A stretch of DNA of 64,000 bases from Flavobacteriales bacterium (GCA_046295395.1 JBKBNH010000002.1:142056-206055); one strand, 5' to 3'. Positions 27,740 through 38,000 are shown, numbered from the stretch's first letter. The notes: generated from the letters alone by a model not told the origin. Program-made: numbers and translations.

Positions 27740-29257
27740 ATGTCAGAAAGAAGAGTTAGAGTAAGATTTGCGCCAAGTCCTACCGGCCCGCTTCATATGG
27801 GGGGTGTTAGAACTGCGCTTTATAACTATCTGCTTGCCAAAAAACACGGCGGCGATTTTATTCTTCGTATAGAAGATACCGACCAAACCCGTTATGTACC
27901 CGGTGCCGAAGAATACATCATTGAATCGCTAAAATGGTGCGGCCTTATTGCGGATGAAGGAGTAGGTTTTGGCGGAGAATACGGCCCATATCGGCAATCT
28001 GAAAGAAAGCCCATGTACCGTCAGTTTGTAGACCAGATGATAGAAAGCGGGCATGCGTATTATGCGTTTGATACCGCCGAAGAGCTGGATGATATGCGCG
28101 ACAGACTAAAGGCCGCCGGAACGGCAGCACCACAATACAACAACATTACCCGAAACTCGATGAAAAACTCGCTCACGCTCTCTGCTGACGAGGTAAAAGA
28201 ACGGCTTGAAAAAGGCGAAGCTTACGTAGTGCGAATAAAGGTTCCGCGCAACGAAGAAATTCGATTTCACGACGAAATAAGAGGGTGGGTTGTGGTAAAC
28301 AGCAACAACATTGATGATAAAGTACTTTTCAAGTCTGATGGAATGCCAACCTACCATATGGCAAACGTTGTTGACGACTACCTGATGAAAGTAAGCCACG
28401 TGATAAGGGGCGAGGAATGGTTACCTTCCGCGCCACTACATGTCTTGTTGTACCGTTATCTAGGGTGGGAAGAGGTGATGCCAAAATTTGCGCATTTGCC
28501 TCTAATTCTGAAGCCCGATGGCAATGGAAAACTGAGCAAGCGCGATGGCGACAGGTTGGGCTTTCCGGTTTTTCCGCTAGAATGGAAGGACCCTTCGAGT
28601 GGCGAAATTTCTTCGGGCTACCGAGAGAAGGGCTATTTCCCTGAGGCGTTTATCAATATGCTAGCGTTTTTAGGGTGGAATCCGGGTACCCCTAAAGAAC
28701 TTTACTCGGTAGATGAACTTATACAAGATTTTACTCTGGAAAGGGTTGGAAAAAGTGGTGCTAAATTCGATCCTGAAAAAACAAAATGGTTCAATCAACA
28801 ATACTTAAGAGCTAAGAGCAATAGTGAGCTGGCGCAGTTAATAAAACCTTTGGTAAATAACTCATTCGAAGAGGAATACCTTACGAAAGTTGTCGGGCTA
28901 ATGAAAGAGCGCGCCTCCTTCGTCCCCGACTTATTAGAAGACGATTTTTTGTTTACCACTCCCGGAGAATTTGACGAAACGGTAATAAGCAAAAAATGGA
29001 ATACAGAAAGCCCTGCAATTGTAAAAGAACTAGCTTCTAGATTCAAAGGTATTAGCGACTTTAGCCCGGAAAATATTGAGGCTTCTTTCAAACAATTTTT
29101 GGCAGATAAATCGTTGGGAATGGGTGCCGTTTTGCCTTTGTTTAGGGTTTTGGTAACCGGCAAAGGGATGGGGCCCTCTATGTTTGATATTGCTGCTCTG
29201 CTCGGTAAAACAGAAACCTTGAAAAGAATAGAAAAAGGGCTTAAAAAACTCGCCTGA
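27740..29257 (+). CDS. gltX: Glutamate--tRNA ligase
   Basis: 505 aa with a class I HIGH motif (PSPTGPLHMGGVRTALYN), a KMSKS-type loop (KLSKRDG), and the full-length GluRS pattern. Confidence 0.95.
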   Translation: MSERRVRVRFAPSPTGPLHMGGVRTALYNYLLAKKHGGDFILRIEDTDQTRYVPGAEEYIIESLKWCGLIADEGVGFGGEYGPYRQSERKPMYRQFVDQMIESGHAYYAFDTAEELDDMRDRLKAAGTAAPQYNNITRNSMKNSLTLSADEVKERLEKGEAYVVRIKVPRNEEIRFHDEIRGWVVVNSNNIDDKVLFKSDGMPTYHMANVVDDYLMKVSHVIRGEEWLPSAPLHVLLYRYLGWEEVMPKFAHLPLILKPDGNGKLSKRDGDRLGFPVFPLEWKDPSSGEISSGYREKGYFPEAFINMLAFLGWNPGTPKELYSVDELIQDFTLERVGKSGAKFDPEKTKWFNQQYLRAKSNSELAQLIKPLVNNSFEEEYLTKVVGLMKERASFVPDLLEDDFLFTTPGEFDETVISKKWNTESPAIVKELASRFKGISDFSPENIEASFKQFLADKSLGMGAVLPLFRVLVTGKGMGPSMFDIAALLGKTETLKRIEKGLKKLA

Positions 29258-29607
29258 TGAACTGCGTAAAAGTAACCGGTATTCGCTGCTACGGCCACCA
29301 CGGCTGCCTGCCATCAGAAACACTTGTGGGGCAAGAGTACGTTGTTAATGTATGGCTATACACCGATTTTGCTAAGGCCGCAAAAACCGACAATCTGCAA
29401 AAAACAATCGACTATGTTACGGTAAATCAAATTGTTACCGAAGAGGTTAAAAAGCCATCGAAACTAATTGAAGCCGTGGGCTACCGAATTATTTCGAGGC
29501 TTAAAAATGAATTTGACTCGGTTGAAAAAATCACTGTAGAGGTAATTAAACCAAACCCGCCCATAAATGGCGATGTACAATCCGTTTCAATAATTATCGA
29601 AGAATAG
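29257..29607 (+). CDS. folB: Dihydroneopterin aldolase
   Basis: 116 aa. The sequence GIRCYGHHGCLPSETLVGQEYVVNVWL...DYVTV...KLIEAV is typical FolB. Its ATG overlaps the gltX stop (TGATG). Confidence 0.85.
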   Translation: MNCVKVTGIRCYGHHGCLPSETLVGQEYVVNVWLYTDFAKAAKTDNLQKTIDYVTVNQIVTEEVKKPSKLIEAVGYRIISRLKNEFDSVEKITVEVIKPNPPINGDVQSVSIIIEE

Positions 29608-29629
29608 CGCTTTAATTATTGGATTTTAC

Positions 29630-29637
29630 TAATTTTG
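29630..29637 (+). promoter_or_regulatory. Possible -7 promoter box (TAnnTTTG) for tRNA-Cys
   Basis: TAATTTTG lies 68 nt upstream of the tRNA 5' end. Confidence 0.3.
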
Positions 29638-29704
29638 CCACTCGTTAATCAAAAGCCTTGTTCATTTCTGCGGAAATTTAAGATTGGCAATGGTTAAAGA
29701 AAAG

Positions 29705-29775
29705 TGGTCTCGTGGCCGAGTGGCTAGGCAGAGGTCTGCAAAACCTTGTACAGCGGTTCGAATCCGCTCGAGACC
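29705..29775 (+). tRNA. tRNA-Cys (GCA)
   Basis: Hand-folded cloverleaf: acceptor GGTCTCG/CGAGACC, D-arm GCC..GGC, anticodon stem GAGGT/ACCTT with loop CTGCAAA (anticodon GCA), T-arm AGCGG-TTCGAAT-CCGCT. 71 nt; CCA is not encoded. Confidence 0.9.
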
Positions 29776-29784
29776 TCAACAAAA

Positions 29785-29812
29785 AACCCGCTTGAAATTC
29801 AAGCGGGTTTTT
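29785..29812. terminator. Bidirectional rho-independent terminator
   Basis: Stem ACCCGCTTGA (29785-29794) pairs with TCAAGCGGGT (29798-29807). An A-run lies upstream and a T-run downstream, between tRNA-Cys (+) and the convergent minus-strand fragment. Confidence 0.8.
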
Positions 29813-29832
29813 TGTTTTAATTTCTTTTACAT

Positions 29833-30105
29833 TCAATCCCTAAACAGCATCAGAGCTCCGGTATAATCGTGTTTATCGCCCGCTACAGCGACTTTAACCA
29901 GATAATAATACGTTACCGAAGAAGAAGGTTTTCCATTTATTTGTCCGTTCCAAGAGCCGTTCATATTGTCGTACTCATACACAAGAGCTCCCCGGCTATT
30001 GTATATGTACACCCTCAACGATTCGATGCCTTCTGCGTTAATTTTAAATACATCATTTATCCCATCACCGTTGGGTGTAAATACATTAGGGATAGAAATT
30101 ACAAA
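29833..30105 (-). pseudogene. Orphan T9SS type B (CHU_C) C-terminal domain fragment without start codon or signal peptide
   Basis: The frame reads FVISIPNVFTPNGDGINDVFKINAEGIESLRVYIYNSRGALVYEY...YYYLVKVAVAGDKHDYTGALMLFRD. The homologous region begins directly at the ferritin terminator. No ATG or secretion signal lies upstream in frame. Confidence 0.6.
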
Positions 30106-30130
30106 AAAGCCCTCAGATGAAGAGGGCTTT
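30103..30130 (-). terminator. Rho-independent terminator of the ferritin gene
   Basis: The minus strand reads AAGCCCTC-TTCATCT-GAGGGCTT followed by TTTTTT (plus-strand stem 30107-30114 / 30122-29, A-run 30103-30108). Confidence 0.75.
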
Positions 30131-30152
30131 GGGAGTTCGTGTCGTCTTTTGG

Positions 30153-30662
30153 TTATTGAGCAGCCTCATCCTTGGGCATGTAGTTTTCCAATTCGGTATC
30201 GAAAATGTACATCCCCGAATTGTCGTTGCCAATAAGATTAAGTTTATCCATAATCTTACGGGCCAAAGCTTCTTCTTCCAGCTGCTCGGATACGTACCAC
30301 TGCATAAAATTGTGAGTGGTGTAGTCTTTTTCCTGCAAACAGATATGTACTACATTATTTATACTTTCGGTGACAGCTATTTCATGCTCTAGCAGACTTT
30401 TAAAAATTTCTTTTATGTTTTTAAATTCCTTTTTGGGTTGTTTCAACGCCGGAATTACCGCTTTTCCGCCACGCTCGTTTATAAATTTTACCAGCTTAAG
30501 CATGTGCGTGCGTTCTTCATCTGAATGTAAATAAAGAAATGAGGCTGTCCCGGCAAAACCGGCAGTCTCTGCCCACGAAGCCATCGCAAGGTAAAACTGC
30601 GAAGATTGTGCCTCCATGAGTACTTGATTGTTTAGTGCGTCTTCTACTTTCTTGTTTAGCAT
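30153..30662 (-). CDS. ftnA: Non-haem ferritin
   Basis: 169 aa with ferritin-like di-iron ligand pattern (NNQVLMEAQSSQFYLAMASWAE, DEERTHMLKLVKFINERGG, LEHEIAVTESIN). Confidence 0.9.
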   Translation of the reverse strand: MLNKKVEDALNNQVLMEAQSSQFYLAMASWAETAGFAGTASFLYLHSDEERTHMLKLVKFINERGGKAVIPALKQPKKEFKNIKEIFKSLLEHEIAVTESINNVVHICLQEKDYTTHNFMQWYVSEQLEEEALARKIMDKLNLIGNDNSGMYIFDTELENYMPKDEAAQ

Positions 30663-30702
30663 GATTGTTTTTCTTTTATAAACCCTTTTCGAGGGTGATT
30701 GT

Positions 30703-31101
30703 TTATCGTTTTAACAGCAGCGCCCCGGTAAAAACTCGCTCTTCGTCACCATCGTCAGACAAAGCTTTAATGATGTAATAATACACCCCGGTAGAGCAAA
30801 CTTCTCCGGCAGGCCAGGTTCTACCGTCCCAAAAACCATTCACACCCCAGAAATAATAAACAATATTTCCCCAGCGGTCGTAAATATAAGCCTGAATATC
30901 TATTACATTTGTTGTGGATACTTTGAACACATCATTTATCCCATCACCATTAGGCGAAAAAACATTGGGTATTTCGATTACGGGCTCGTTAGCCGGGGCC
31001 TGACCGAAAGAAGTTTTAGCCAACACCATGTTGAATAAAATAAACACAGCGATTAAAATCGCCTTGTTATTCTCTGTTATTTTGATGATGTTCCTCAACA
31101 T
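30703..31101 (-). CDS. Minimal secreted protein consisting only of a signal peptide plus a T9SS type B (CHU_C) sorting domain
   Basis: The start is placed at MLRNIIKITENNKAILIAVFILFNMVLAKTSFGQ (ATG 31101; the longer ORF to 31182 would overlap rnr). The mature part is IPNVFSPNGDGINDVFKV...YYYIIKALSDDGDEERVFTGALLLKR, which is a CTD with no passenger domain. Confidence 0.65.
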   Translation of the reverse strand: MLRNIIKITENNKAILIAVFILFNMVLAKTSFGQAPANEPVIEIPNVFSPNGDGINDVFKVSTTNVIDIQAYIYDRWGNIVYYFWGVNGFWDGRTWPAGEVCSTGVYYYIIKALSDDGDEERVFTGALLLKR

Positions 31102-31117
31102 TAAACTGTAATTTACA

Positions 31118-33262
31118 ATGGCCAAAAGACATAAATCCGTTGACCGCAAGGGTAAAGTTAAATCTTTTTTGCGAAATAACACCGTAGAACTCTACAGCAA
31201 AAACCCAAATAAAGTATTCAACTACAAGCAAATTTGCGCATTATTTGACATAAACGATAGCTCGCTGCGCAAATTAATTAACGACATATTGTTCGAATTG
31301 CGCGATGAGGGGCTGTTAACACAGGTAGAAAGAGGTAAATACAAGTGGAAAGGAAGCTCTGCAAAACTGAAAGGAGTGATACAGTTTACCCAACGGGGCT
31401 CGGCTTATGTAATACCCGACAATCCCGATGAAGAAGACGTATTTATTTCTGCCGAAAACACCGGCATAGCCTTTAATGGCGACCGAGTATTGGTGGAGCT
31501 GTTGCGCTCTAAACGCAGCAAGCCCGAAGGCATGGTAGATAGCGTGCTGGAAAGGGGACGCAGGGTATACGTGGGAACTATTGACCGCAAAAAAGATTTT
31601 GCCTTTTGTGTGTGTGACAAAAAGCACGTGCACGTGGACTTTTACATCGACAAAGAAAAACTGAAAGGCGCCGCGCATGGCGACAAGGTGATTGTGGAGC
31701 TTACAGGTTGGCCCAATCCCAAAGCAAGCCCCTTTGGCGAAGTGATGGAAATACTGGGAAAAACCGGCGAAAACAATGCTGAAATTCACGCCATACTTGC
31801 TGAATACGGATTGCCTTACAAATTTCCTTATGCCGTAGAAAAAGAAGCCGAAAAGATAAGCCGAAAAATAACCGGCCGCGACCGCGAGGAACGGGAAGAC
31901 TTTACCGATCGGGTTTTATTTACCATTGACCCCGAAGATGCCAAAGATTTTGACGATGCTCTTTCGGTGAAAAAACTCGAAAACGGCAACTACGAAATAG
32001 GCGTTCATATTGCCGATGTTTCTCACTTTGTACGCCCCGGCTCTATTATCGACGAAGAGGCGAGGGTGCGGGGCAACTCGGTGTATCTGGTAGACCGCGT
32101 GGTGCCTATGCTGCCCGAGGTGCTGTCGAACAATGTGTGCTCGCTTCGCCCAAACGAAGACCGCTTGGCTTTTTCGGCGGTATTTGAAATGGACACACAA
32201 AGCAAAGTGCATAAGGCGCATTTTGCCAAAACAATCATACACTCTAAACGACGGTTTACTTACGAAGAAGCTCAGGAAATTATAGAAAAAGGCGAGGGCG
32301 AGCTGAGTGAAGAAATTCTACTGCTGGACAACCTTGCCAAACAATTGCGTGCCAAACGACTGGAAAAAGGCGCCATGGAGGTAGACAGCGTAGAGGTAAA
32401 GTTTAAGCTAGACGAAAAAGGCAAACCACTGGGCGTGTATACCAAAATATCGAAAGATGCACACAAGCTGATTGAAGAATTTATGCTGCTGGCAAATCGT
32501 GCAGTTTCCGAATATATCGGCAGACCGGAAAAAGGAAAAAGAGAAATACCTTTCGTTTACCGCGTTCACGACACGCCTGACGAACAAAAACTGGACGACC
32601 TGAAGAAATTCATCTTTCGGTTTGGATATAAGCTGAGGCAGGAGAAAAACAAGCCTATTTCTTATGCCCTCAACAAGGTGCTGGAAGAGGCGCGCGAAAA
32701 CGGCGACTCGGCACTCATCAGCCCTATGATTGTTCGATCTATGGCCAAGGCGATTTATACCACCGAAAACATTGGGCATTACGGGCTTGGTTTTAGCCAC
32801 TATACACACTTTACCTCGCCTATAAGGCGCTACCCCGATCTACTTGTGCACCGTATACTGGAGCACGTACTGATAAAATGGAAGCCGCTCTATGAGGAAA
32901 AAATCCTGGAAGAAATGTGCAAAGCCTGCTCGCAAACCGAGCGCAAAGCTGCTGAAGCCGAGCGCTCCTCTACCAAATACATGCAGGTAGTGTATCTGAG
33001 CGACAAGGTGGGCGAAGTTTTTGACGGAACCATAAGCGGAGTTACCGACTGGGGCATATATGTTGAGCTGAATGAAAACCGATGCGAAGGGCTGGTGCAC
33101 ATTAAGACCCTGCGCGATGACTCGTATTACTTCGATAGCGACAAGTTTATGATTGTGGGCCGCAAACACAAGCAAACCTTCTCGCTAGGCGACCAAGTAA
33201 CCGTAAAAATAAAAGGCGTAGATCAATTGGCACGAACCATAGACCTAGTGTTGATGGAATAA
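31118..33262 (+). CDS. rnr: Ribonuclease R
   Basis: 714 aa with an N-terminal HTH/cold-shock region, an RNB catalytic domain (FTIDPEDAKDFDDALS, HYGLGFSHYTHFTSPIRRYPDLLVHR) and a C-terminal S1 domain (GTISGVTDWGIYVEL). Confidence 0.95.
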   Translation: MAKRHKSVDRKGKVKSFLRNNTVELYSKNPNKVFNYKQICALFDINDSSLRKLINDILFELRDEGLLTQVERGKYKWKGSSAKLKGVIQFTQRGSAYVIPDNPDEEDVFISAENTGIAFNGDRVLVELLRSKRSKPEGMVDSVLERGRRVYVGTIDRKKDFAFCVCDKKHVHVDFYIDKEKLKGAAHGDKVIVELTGWPNPKASPFGEVMEILGKTGENNAEIHAILAEYGLPYKFPYAVEKEAEKISRKITGRDREEREDFTDRVLFTIDPEDAKDFDDALSVKKLENGNYEIGVHIADVSHFVRPGSIIDEEARVRGNSVYLVDRVVPMLPEVLSNNVCSLRPNEDRLAFSAVFEMDTQSKVHKAHFAKTIIHSKRRFTYEEAQEIIEKGEGELSEEILLLDNLAKQLRAKRLEKGAMEVDSVEVKFKLDEKGKPLGVYTKISKDAHKLIEEFMLLANRAVSEYIGRPEKGKREIPFVYRVHDTPDEQKLDDLKKFIFRFGYKLRQEKNKPISYALNKVLEEARENGDSALISPMIVRSMAKAIYTTENIGHYGLGFSHYTHFTSPIRRYPDLLVHRILEHVLIKWKPLYEEKILEEMCKACSQTERKAAEAERSSTKYMQVVYLSDKVGEVFDGTISGVTDWGIYVELNENRCEGLVHIKTLRDDSYYFDSDKFMIVGRKHKQTFSLGDQVTVKIKGVDQLARTIDLVLME

Positions 33263-33538
33263 TTTCTTTGAATACAACGAACCAATCAAAACTTGAAAAA
33301 AACTAAAAAGTCAACCCCCTGCTTTCTTCTAACTTCAAATCTTGCAAGAAAAAAAGCAAAAGAACATAGTAGGTTAAAATCCTACAATCAAATGACTGCT
33401 GCCAATAAGGGTTTATTAGCTCAATAATTTGATTTTAAAAACTACCGTCTTCTTTTTGAGATAAGGTATTGCTCGTCTCAACTACGTTGTTTAACAAAAA
33501 CACAGATAAAAAATAACAATAAACAACTGCACGCAACT

Positions 33539-33613
33539 GGCGGCTTGGCGTAATGCATCAAACCGTTCTGTATATTTGTAAGTGTAGGTGGTTTGGCACT
33601 ACGCCAAGCCGCC
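33539..33613. repeat. GC-rich 75-nt imperfect hairpin (14-bp perfect outer stem) in an AT-rich non-coding tract
   Basis: GGCGGCTTGGCGTA (33539-33552) pairs perfectly with TACGCCAAGCCGCC (33600-33613). An inner extension (CAAACC / GGTTTG) adds further pairing. There is no flanking T-run. Confidence 0.6.
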
Positions 33614-34074
33614 GTGATGTTATAGCCCATTTTAAAAAGACGACTTCAACGACTGTTCAGAAATATTAATATTTATTGATGCAACAAATGTAAATTTATT
33701 TATTTCAGGTTTTAATTCTAAGACCGAAGAAGTGTTTGATGAAAAAGGTATTACTGTTCAACTGACAGAATTTTGGGAAGAAAATCAAGACGCATACGAC
33801 TTTGACGATATAATAAAAAGTGTATTAAAAACAGCTTACAAAGAGAGCGAAAAGACATTATTAAAATCAAAGTATAAAGTGTTCTACCAGACGGAAGACG
33901 AAAGTGAATATAAACGACTATGAAAAGAAAAACGGGCTATAACACGGGTAGCCGTTGCACAACCTCTATAAAACCATAAAAAGTCGAGATTTTTACCCGA
34001 AAAACAAGTGGCTTATAATGGCTTGTTTGAGTTCATATAATAGTGCTTGCAATGAAGCTGCGCTCTTTTCTATT

Positions 34075-34263
34075 TTAGGGAGTTTGGGTTGCTTCTTTAA
34101 CTTTTTTGGACTTGAATTTTAGGTATTTCTTTAGGTTGTAAACCAAAGCACTCATCAACACCTATTTATTGGCTGCCTTTATCCCCTTTGTGTTTACTCT
34201 TTTGAGGTTAATAAAATTGGGCGTGGTGCCAAGCACGGGTTCACTGCTTCGGCAAAGCAACAG
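34075..34263 (-). mobile_element. Transposase C-terminal remnant (IS1182/IS5-like), with in-frame stop
   Basis: The minus-strand frame reads ...RSSEPVLGTTPNFINLKRVNTKGIKAANK*VLMSALVYNLKKYLKFKSKKVKEATQTP*. This resembles the conserved C-terminal tail of Bacteroidetes IS1182-type DDE transposases, as recalled from memory. The upstream body of the gene is absent. Confidence 0.4.
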
Positions 34264-34303
34264 AATTTACAAAGGCCTAAATCAATATATTCGGTTACGT
34301 TTG

Positions 34304-35056
34304 TTAAATCAGGTTTAGTCTATTCACCAAATCGTCTTTATAAGAACCACCAATTGGAATTACTTTTTTGTCGTTTTCCATAATGATGTTTGGCTGGTCT
34401 ATGCTGGCTATTTTATCTAAACGCACAATAAAAGAACGGTGTACACGAATAAAGTCGCGTTCGCTGAGTTTTTTCTCAATATCTTTCATGGTAGAATGGA
34501 TGGTGTAGCGGGTATTGAGGGTATTTATAACCACATAATCCTTGAGCGCCTCTATAAAAAATATGTCTTTAGAGTTGATTTTAACCAGCTTACTGTTGGC
34601 TTTTACAAATATAAACTCGTTACTCTCTTTATTATCTACAATGCTGTAAAGCAAATCTCGCTGCTTGAGCACCTCCTGCTCGCGACTGTGCTTATAAAGT
34701 GCCATTTCTATGGAAGTGTGCAGATCTATTTCTTTAAAAGGCTTAATGATGTAGCCGTAGGGCTCAGTAACTTTGGCTTTCGCTAGGGTGCTCTCGTCGG
34801 CATAGGCCGTAAGGTAAATTACCGGAATTCTATTGTTTTGCCTAATAGCTTCTGCGGCCTCTATACCATTCATTTGGCCTTTAAGCATGATGTCCATCAA
34901 CACAATTTGCGGCTGTAGTTCGTTGGCAAGCTCGACAGCTTTTTCGCCCGTTGCTGCGCTGCCTACAACACTGTATCCGAGCTTCTTCAGGCTCATTTGT
35001 ATGTCTTTAGATACGATGCTTTCGTCTTCTACTACAAGTACGTTTGCTAATGCCAT
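34304..35056 (-). CDS. LytR/AlgR-family response regulator (REC + LytTR DNA-binding domain)
   Basis: REC domain (VLVVEDESIV, VLMDIMLKGQMNG, IIKPF) plus a LytTR domain (FIFVKANSKLVKINSKDIFFIEALKDYVVINT...FIRVHRSFIVRLDKI). Confidence 0.9.
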   Translation of the reverse strand: MALANVLVVEDESIVSKDIQMSLKKLGYSVVGSAATGEKAVELANELQPQIVLMDIMLKGQMNGIEAAEAIRQNNRIPVIYLTAYADESTLAKAKVTEPYGYIIKPFKEIDLHTSIEMALYKHSREQEVLKQRDLLYSIVDNKESNEFIFVKANSKLVKINSKDIFFIEALKDYVVINTLNTRYTIHSTMKDIEKKLSERDFIRVHRSFIVRLDKIASIDQPNIIMENDKKVIPIGGSYKDDLVNRLNLI

Positions 35057-35077
35057 TAAAGTTTGATTTTTTTGTTT

Positions 35078-38000
35078 TTAACTAGCTGGTGCAAAGGTAA
35101 TCAAATATTTGGTGCCTTTTTTAGAATTTACCTTTATCGTGCCGTCCAGTTGCTCTATAAGTGTATAAACAAGCTGTAGCCCGAGCGATGATGAGTTTTC
35201 TACATCAAAGTTTTTGGGTAGCCCTATTCCATTGTCCTCTATTCTTATTTGTATCTGGTTGTGTTCTTGTTTCAGGCTCAAGAATATTTCACCTTTGGCG
35301 TTGTTTGGAAAAGCATATTTGAGCGCGTTGGAAATTATTTCGTTGACAATTAATCCGCAAGGAATGGCCTGATCCAAAGAAACACGAATATTATCTATGT
35401 CTTTCACTAATTTAATGTTTGATGAATTAATGGCGTAAGTGTGAAAAAGATTGGTAATTAAATTATTGAGGTAGTCGGCAAAATTAACTTCCGAAAAATT
35501 TTTGGTTTGATACAGGATTTCGTGAATGAACGACATGCTTTTAATTCGGTTTTGCCCTTCTTTTAGTATACTGATGGTGTCTTTGTCGGTAACAAATGAC
35601 GATTGCAAGTTAAGTATACTAGAAATTACTTGTAGGTTGTTTTTCACCCTGTGGTGAACTTCTTTTAAGAGTATTTCTTTTTCCTTTAGTGATTCTAGAA
35701 GCTTAGTTTCTGCCGTTTTTTGTTCGGTTATATCGCGAATAATTACCAACACTTCTTTGTTGTTTATGTTTACATATCGGGCTTCAAAAAAGCCTTGTTT
35801 ACCATTAACTTTAAGCGAATATTCGAATGGGATTATTTCGTCTGTTTTAACCGCCTTTTTAATGTTTTTCAAAAATTGTTTACCCAGCTCTGGGTTAATA
35901 AGATCTGTTACTCTTCCGCCTATAAACTTCTCAGGTTTTATAGCAAGCTGATCTTCTGATTTGTAAAACACATCTAGATAGTATCCGTCTGCGGTCATTC
36001 TGAATATTAAATCAGGTAGCGCATTTATCATTGCCTTGTTGTACTCTTCACTTTTTTTGAGTTTTATTTCGGCAACTTTTTTTTCTGTTATTTCGTGAAT
36101 TAAGCCTGCTATTTCTATAATTTTTTGTCCTTTTACCCGAATGGGGGTTAAGAACATTTCTAGCCAGATTGGTTTACCGTATAATCCGTTTATACTACCC
36201 TGAAATTCTTGTACCTCACCATTTAAAGCGGTTAGGTAAATTTCTTTCATTGCCTTAAATTTATTGTTATTCATAAACGGTTTCAGGTATTCCAAAATTT
36301 TATCTCCGTTTTTAATATCAATATTTATGTGTTTTTTCATTATGTCTATCAAGGCCGAATTGAACGATGTTAACTCCATGTTTTTATTCATGGTAAACAT
36401 CATCATGTTTGAGGTATTCTCAAAGAATGACTGAATTTTGGAAGATTGTTGTTTTACGAGTTCTTCGCTTTCTATTATTTTGGTTATATCTCTTAATACA
36501 TCTCGCGAACCGACATATTTACCTTCTTCATAAACTGCCGTAGAAGACAGTTCTACAAATCGGTTATTTCCTTTTGCTGTAGTAATTTGAATGGTAAAGC
36601 GCTGTATAAATCCTTCTTTTCTGAGAATTTTACTGTATTTAAGGCAATATTCAAGCGAATTGGGATGAACAAAGTCGTATAAATTTCCGGTGTGTACATT
36701 TTCGTTGAGTTCAAAAAGTTTTCTCGCTGCCTGATTTATGTCAATAAAATTATTTTTTTCATCCAACAGCAAAATAGCATCATACATATTTTCGAAAAGG
36801 CTACGAAACTTCTTTTCGCTTTCGATAAGTCCTTCTTCTGCTTTTTTCAATTCGGAAATATCTCTGGAAATTCCCATATATCCCACTATATTTCCTTTAT
36901 TGTCCTTAATGGTAGTAGCGGACAAGTATGAGGTAAAAAGTGTCTTATCTTTTCTAATATTAGTAATCTCTCCGAGAAATAAACCATGCTTGGTAATTGA
37001 ACTTATTACTTTTTCAAAATCTTCGTAATAATAATATAGGTCTGTGGCAGATAGGTTTATCATTTCTTCCTTGGTATAGCCAAATGCTAAAAGCGAAGAA
37101 GGACTTATTTGAGTTATCTTATTATTGATATCGGTTGCCATAATCATGTCTAGAGAGGAATTAATCATGTTTTTTGTAAACTCTTGATTTTTAATTAATT
37201 CCTGCTGAGTTTTCTTATGATTCTCTATTTCTTTGATAAGCTTTTTATTTGCCTCCTCGGCTAATTCCGCCCGTATAGTTTCGTCTTTTAGTTTTTTAGT
37301 TTGGGTTATATCTATGAGTGTGCCTTCTATAAATGTGTCTTTTCCCTTTTCGTTTTTAACTATATAAACATTGTTTAAGGTAAAAATTTCTTTACCTGCT
37401 TTTGTTTTGTATCGTGCTTCGTAGTTAAATAAAGATCGCTCTTTAAGTAATTTTTTTACGTAGTTATCTCTTTCTTTTTTAGAAAAATAAAAAGATTCTG
37501 ATTTTACACTTTTCATTTCTTCGAAAGACTTGTATCCAAAAATATTTGCAAAAGCAGTATTGCAAATTACCATTTCTCCATTAAGTCTAGTTCTGAAAAC
37601 CCCCGTAATGTTGTTTTCAAAAAGACTTCGGTATCTTTCTTCTGATTCTTTGAGGTAATTTTTATAATGTGCTTCATCGGTAACATTACGCGCAATGCCA
37701 AAATTTCCAATGTGTTTTTTATTTACATCGAATTGAGGAATAATTGTTTCTTCGATATAGATGTAATTAGAACTATTTCCCGGTAAAAAACGATAAGTGT
37801 GTTTTATTGGTTTTGTTGTATGCTTTATGCTTTTAGAAATTTCTAAAATAGAGGATAAATCATTGGGATGATAGTATCTTATAAGTTTATTGGATTTTGA
37901 AAGGGTGATAAATTCGTCAACTGAAAAACCAAATAATTGTTCTATATAAGGAGATACATAACGTATATATTTGTTACCCTTATCATCTATGGTAATATTG

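Noticed and set aside
30050-30948. Identical 20-mer ACATCATTTATCCCATCACC at 30050-30069 and 30929-30948 flanking ferritin, considered as direct repeats of a mobile insertion
   Set aside because: Both copies encode the most conserved CTD motif (GDGINDVF) of paralogous CHU_C domains, and near-identical DNA also occurs at about 4420. The identity reflects motif conservation and is not a target-site duplication.
31316-33175. Series of minus-strand ORFs (31316-31789, 31916-32242, 32408-32809, 32840-33175 and others) opposite rnr
   Set aside because: They are antisense to a full-length RNase R. Their open frames are explained by the codon bias of a GC-richer gene, and they carry no domain signatures.
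33619-33943. 10-bp inverted repeat GTTATAGCCC / GGGCTATAAC flanking the small acidic ORF (possible invertible segment or MITE)
   Set aside because: Only 10 perfect bp with ragged extensions. A match of this length within a ~1-kb region is roughly expected by chance, and no recombinase gene is nearby.
26000-33960. Shared TAGCCGTTG(T/C)GCA string at about 26000 and about 33949, considered as a dispersed repeat
   Set aside because: Only a 9-mer is identical. About 0.5 such matches are expected by chance in 64 kb on both strands.
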